A stretch of DNA of 44,371 nucleotides from sequence record OL362273.1; one strand, written 5' to 3'. Position 1 is the stretch's first letter. Every line of letters starts with the position of its first letter. Below are positions 44,363 to 44,371 of this stretch, piece after piece. A program made the position numbers and the translations under genes. The DNA is from Escherichia phage 6949. The notes under the pieces were generated by a model. The model saw only the letters and a list, made by a program, of their open reading frames with translations, was not told the DNA's origin and made no database searches.

Positions 44363-44371
44363 GGAGGTGGG

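Overview
The window reads as a complete, circularly permuted genome of an SP6-like member of the T7 supergroup (Autographiviridae podophage, about 44.4 kb). Every convincing gene is on the + strand. The window is cut between the tailspike-adaptor gene and the holin gene, so the ribosome-binding site of the holin sits at the very end of the window. The physical genome ends most likely lie near 8232, where a T7-like end motif (TCTC ... CCCCATAGGG) is followed by an array of CTTAGTG heptamers. In natural order from there: an early region with a likely host promoter and small genes including a clear Ocr (T7 gp0.3) homolog; an SP6-type single-subunit RNA polymerase; an origin-like region flanked by two phage promoters; primase/helicase; family A DNA polymerase; a block of accessory genes (a minimal CCA/poly(A)-polymerase-like nucleotidyltransferase, SSB-like protein, 5'-3' exonuclease, endonuclease VII, metallophosphoesterase, DNA ligase, HNH endonuclease, GNAT acetyltransferase); then portal, scaffold, major capsid, tail tube A and B, three internal virion proteins (one with a lysozyme-like domain), the tailspike adaptor, holin, small and large terminase, two tandem paralogs, an M15 endolysin, spanin candidates, and two different tailspike depolymerases. 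Fourteen SP6-type phage promoters (core GACACTATAG), four hairpin-plus-T-tract terminators and a dispersed 16-18 bp palindrome family (eight copies) are visible. All protein assignments rest on reading the translations against remembered family motifs; no database search was run. The accessory items I would look at first are the nucleotidyltransferase, the GNAT acetyltransferase next to the HNH endonuclease, the palindrome family, and the two-tailspike cassette.
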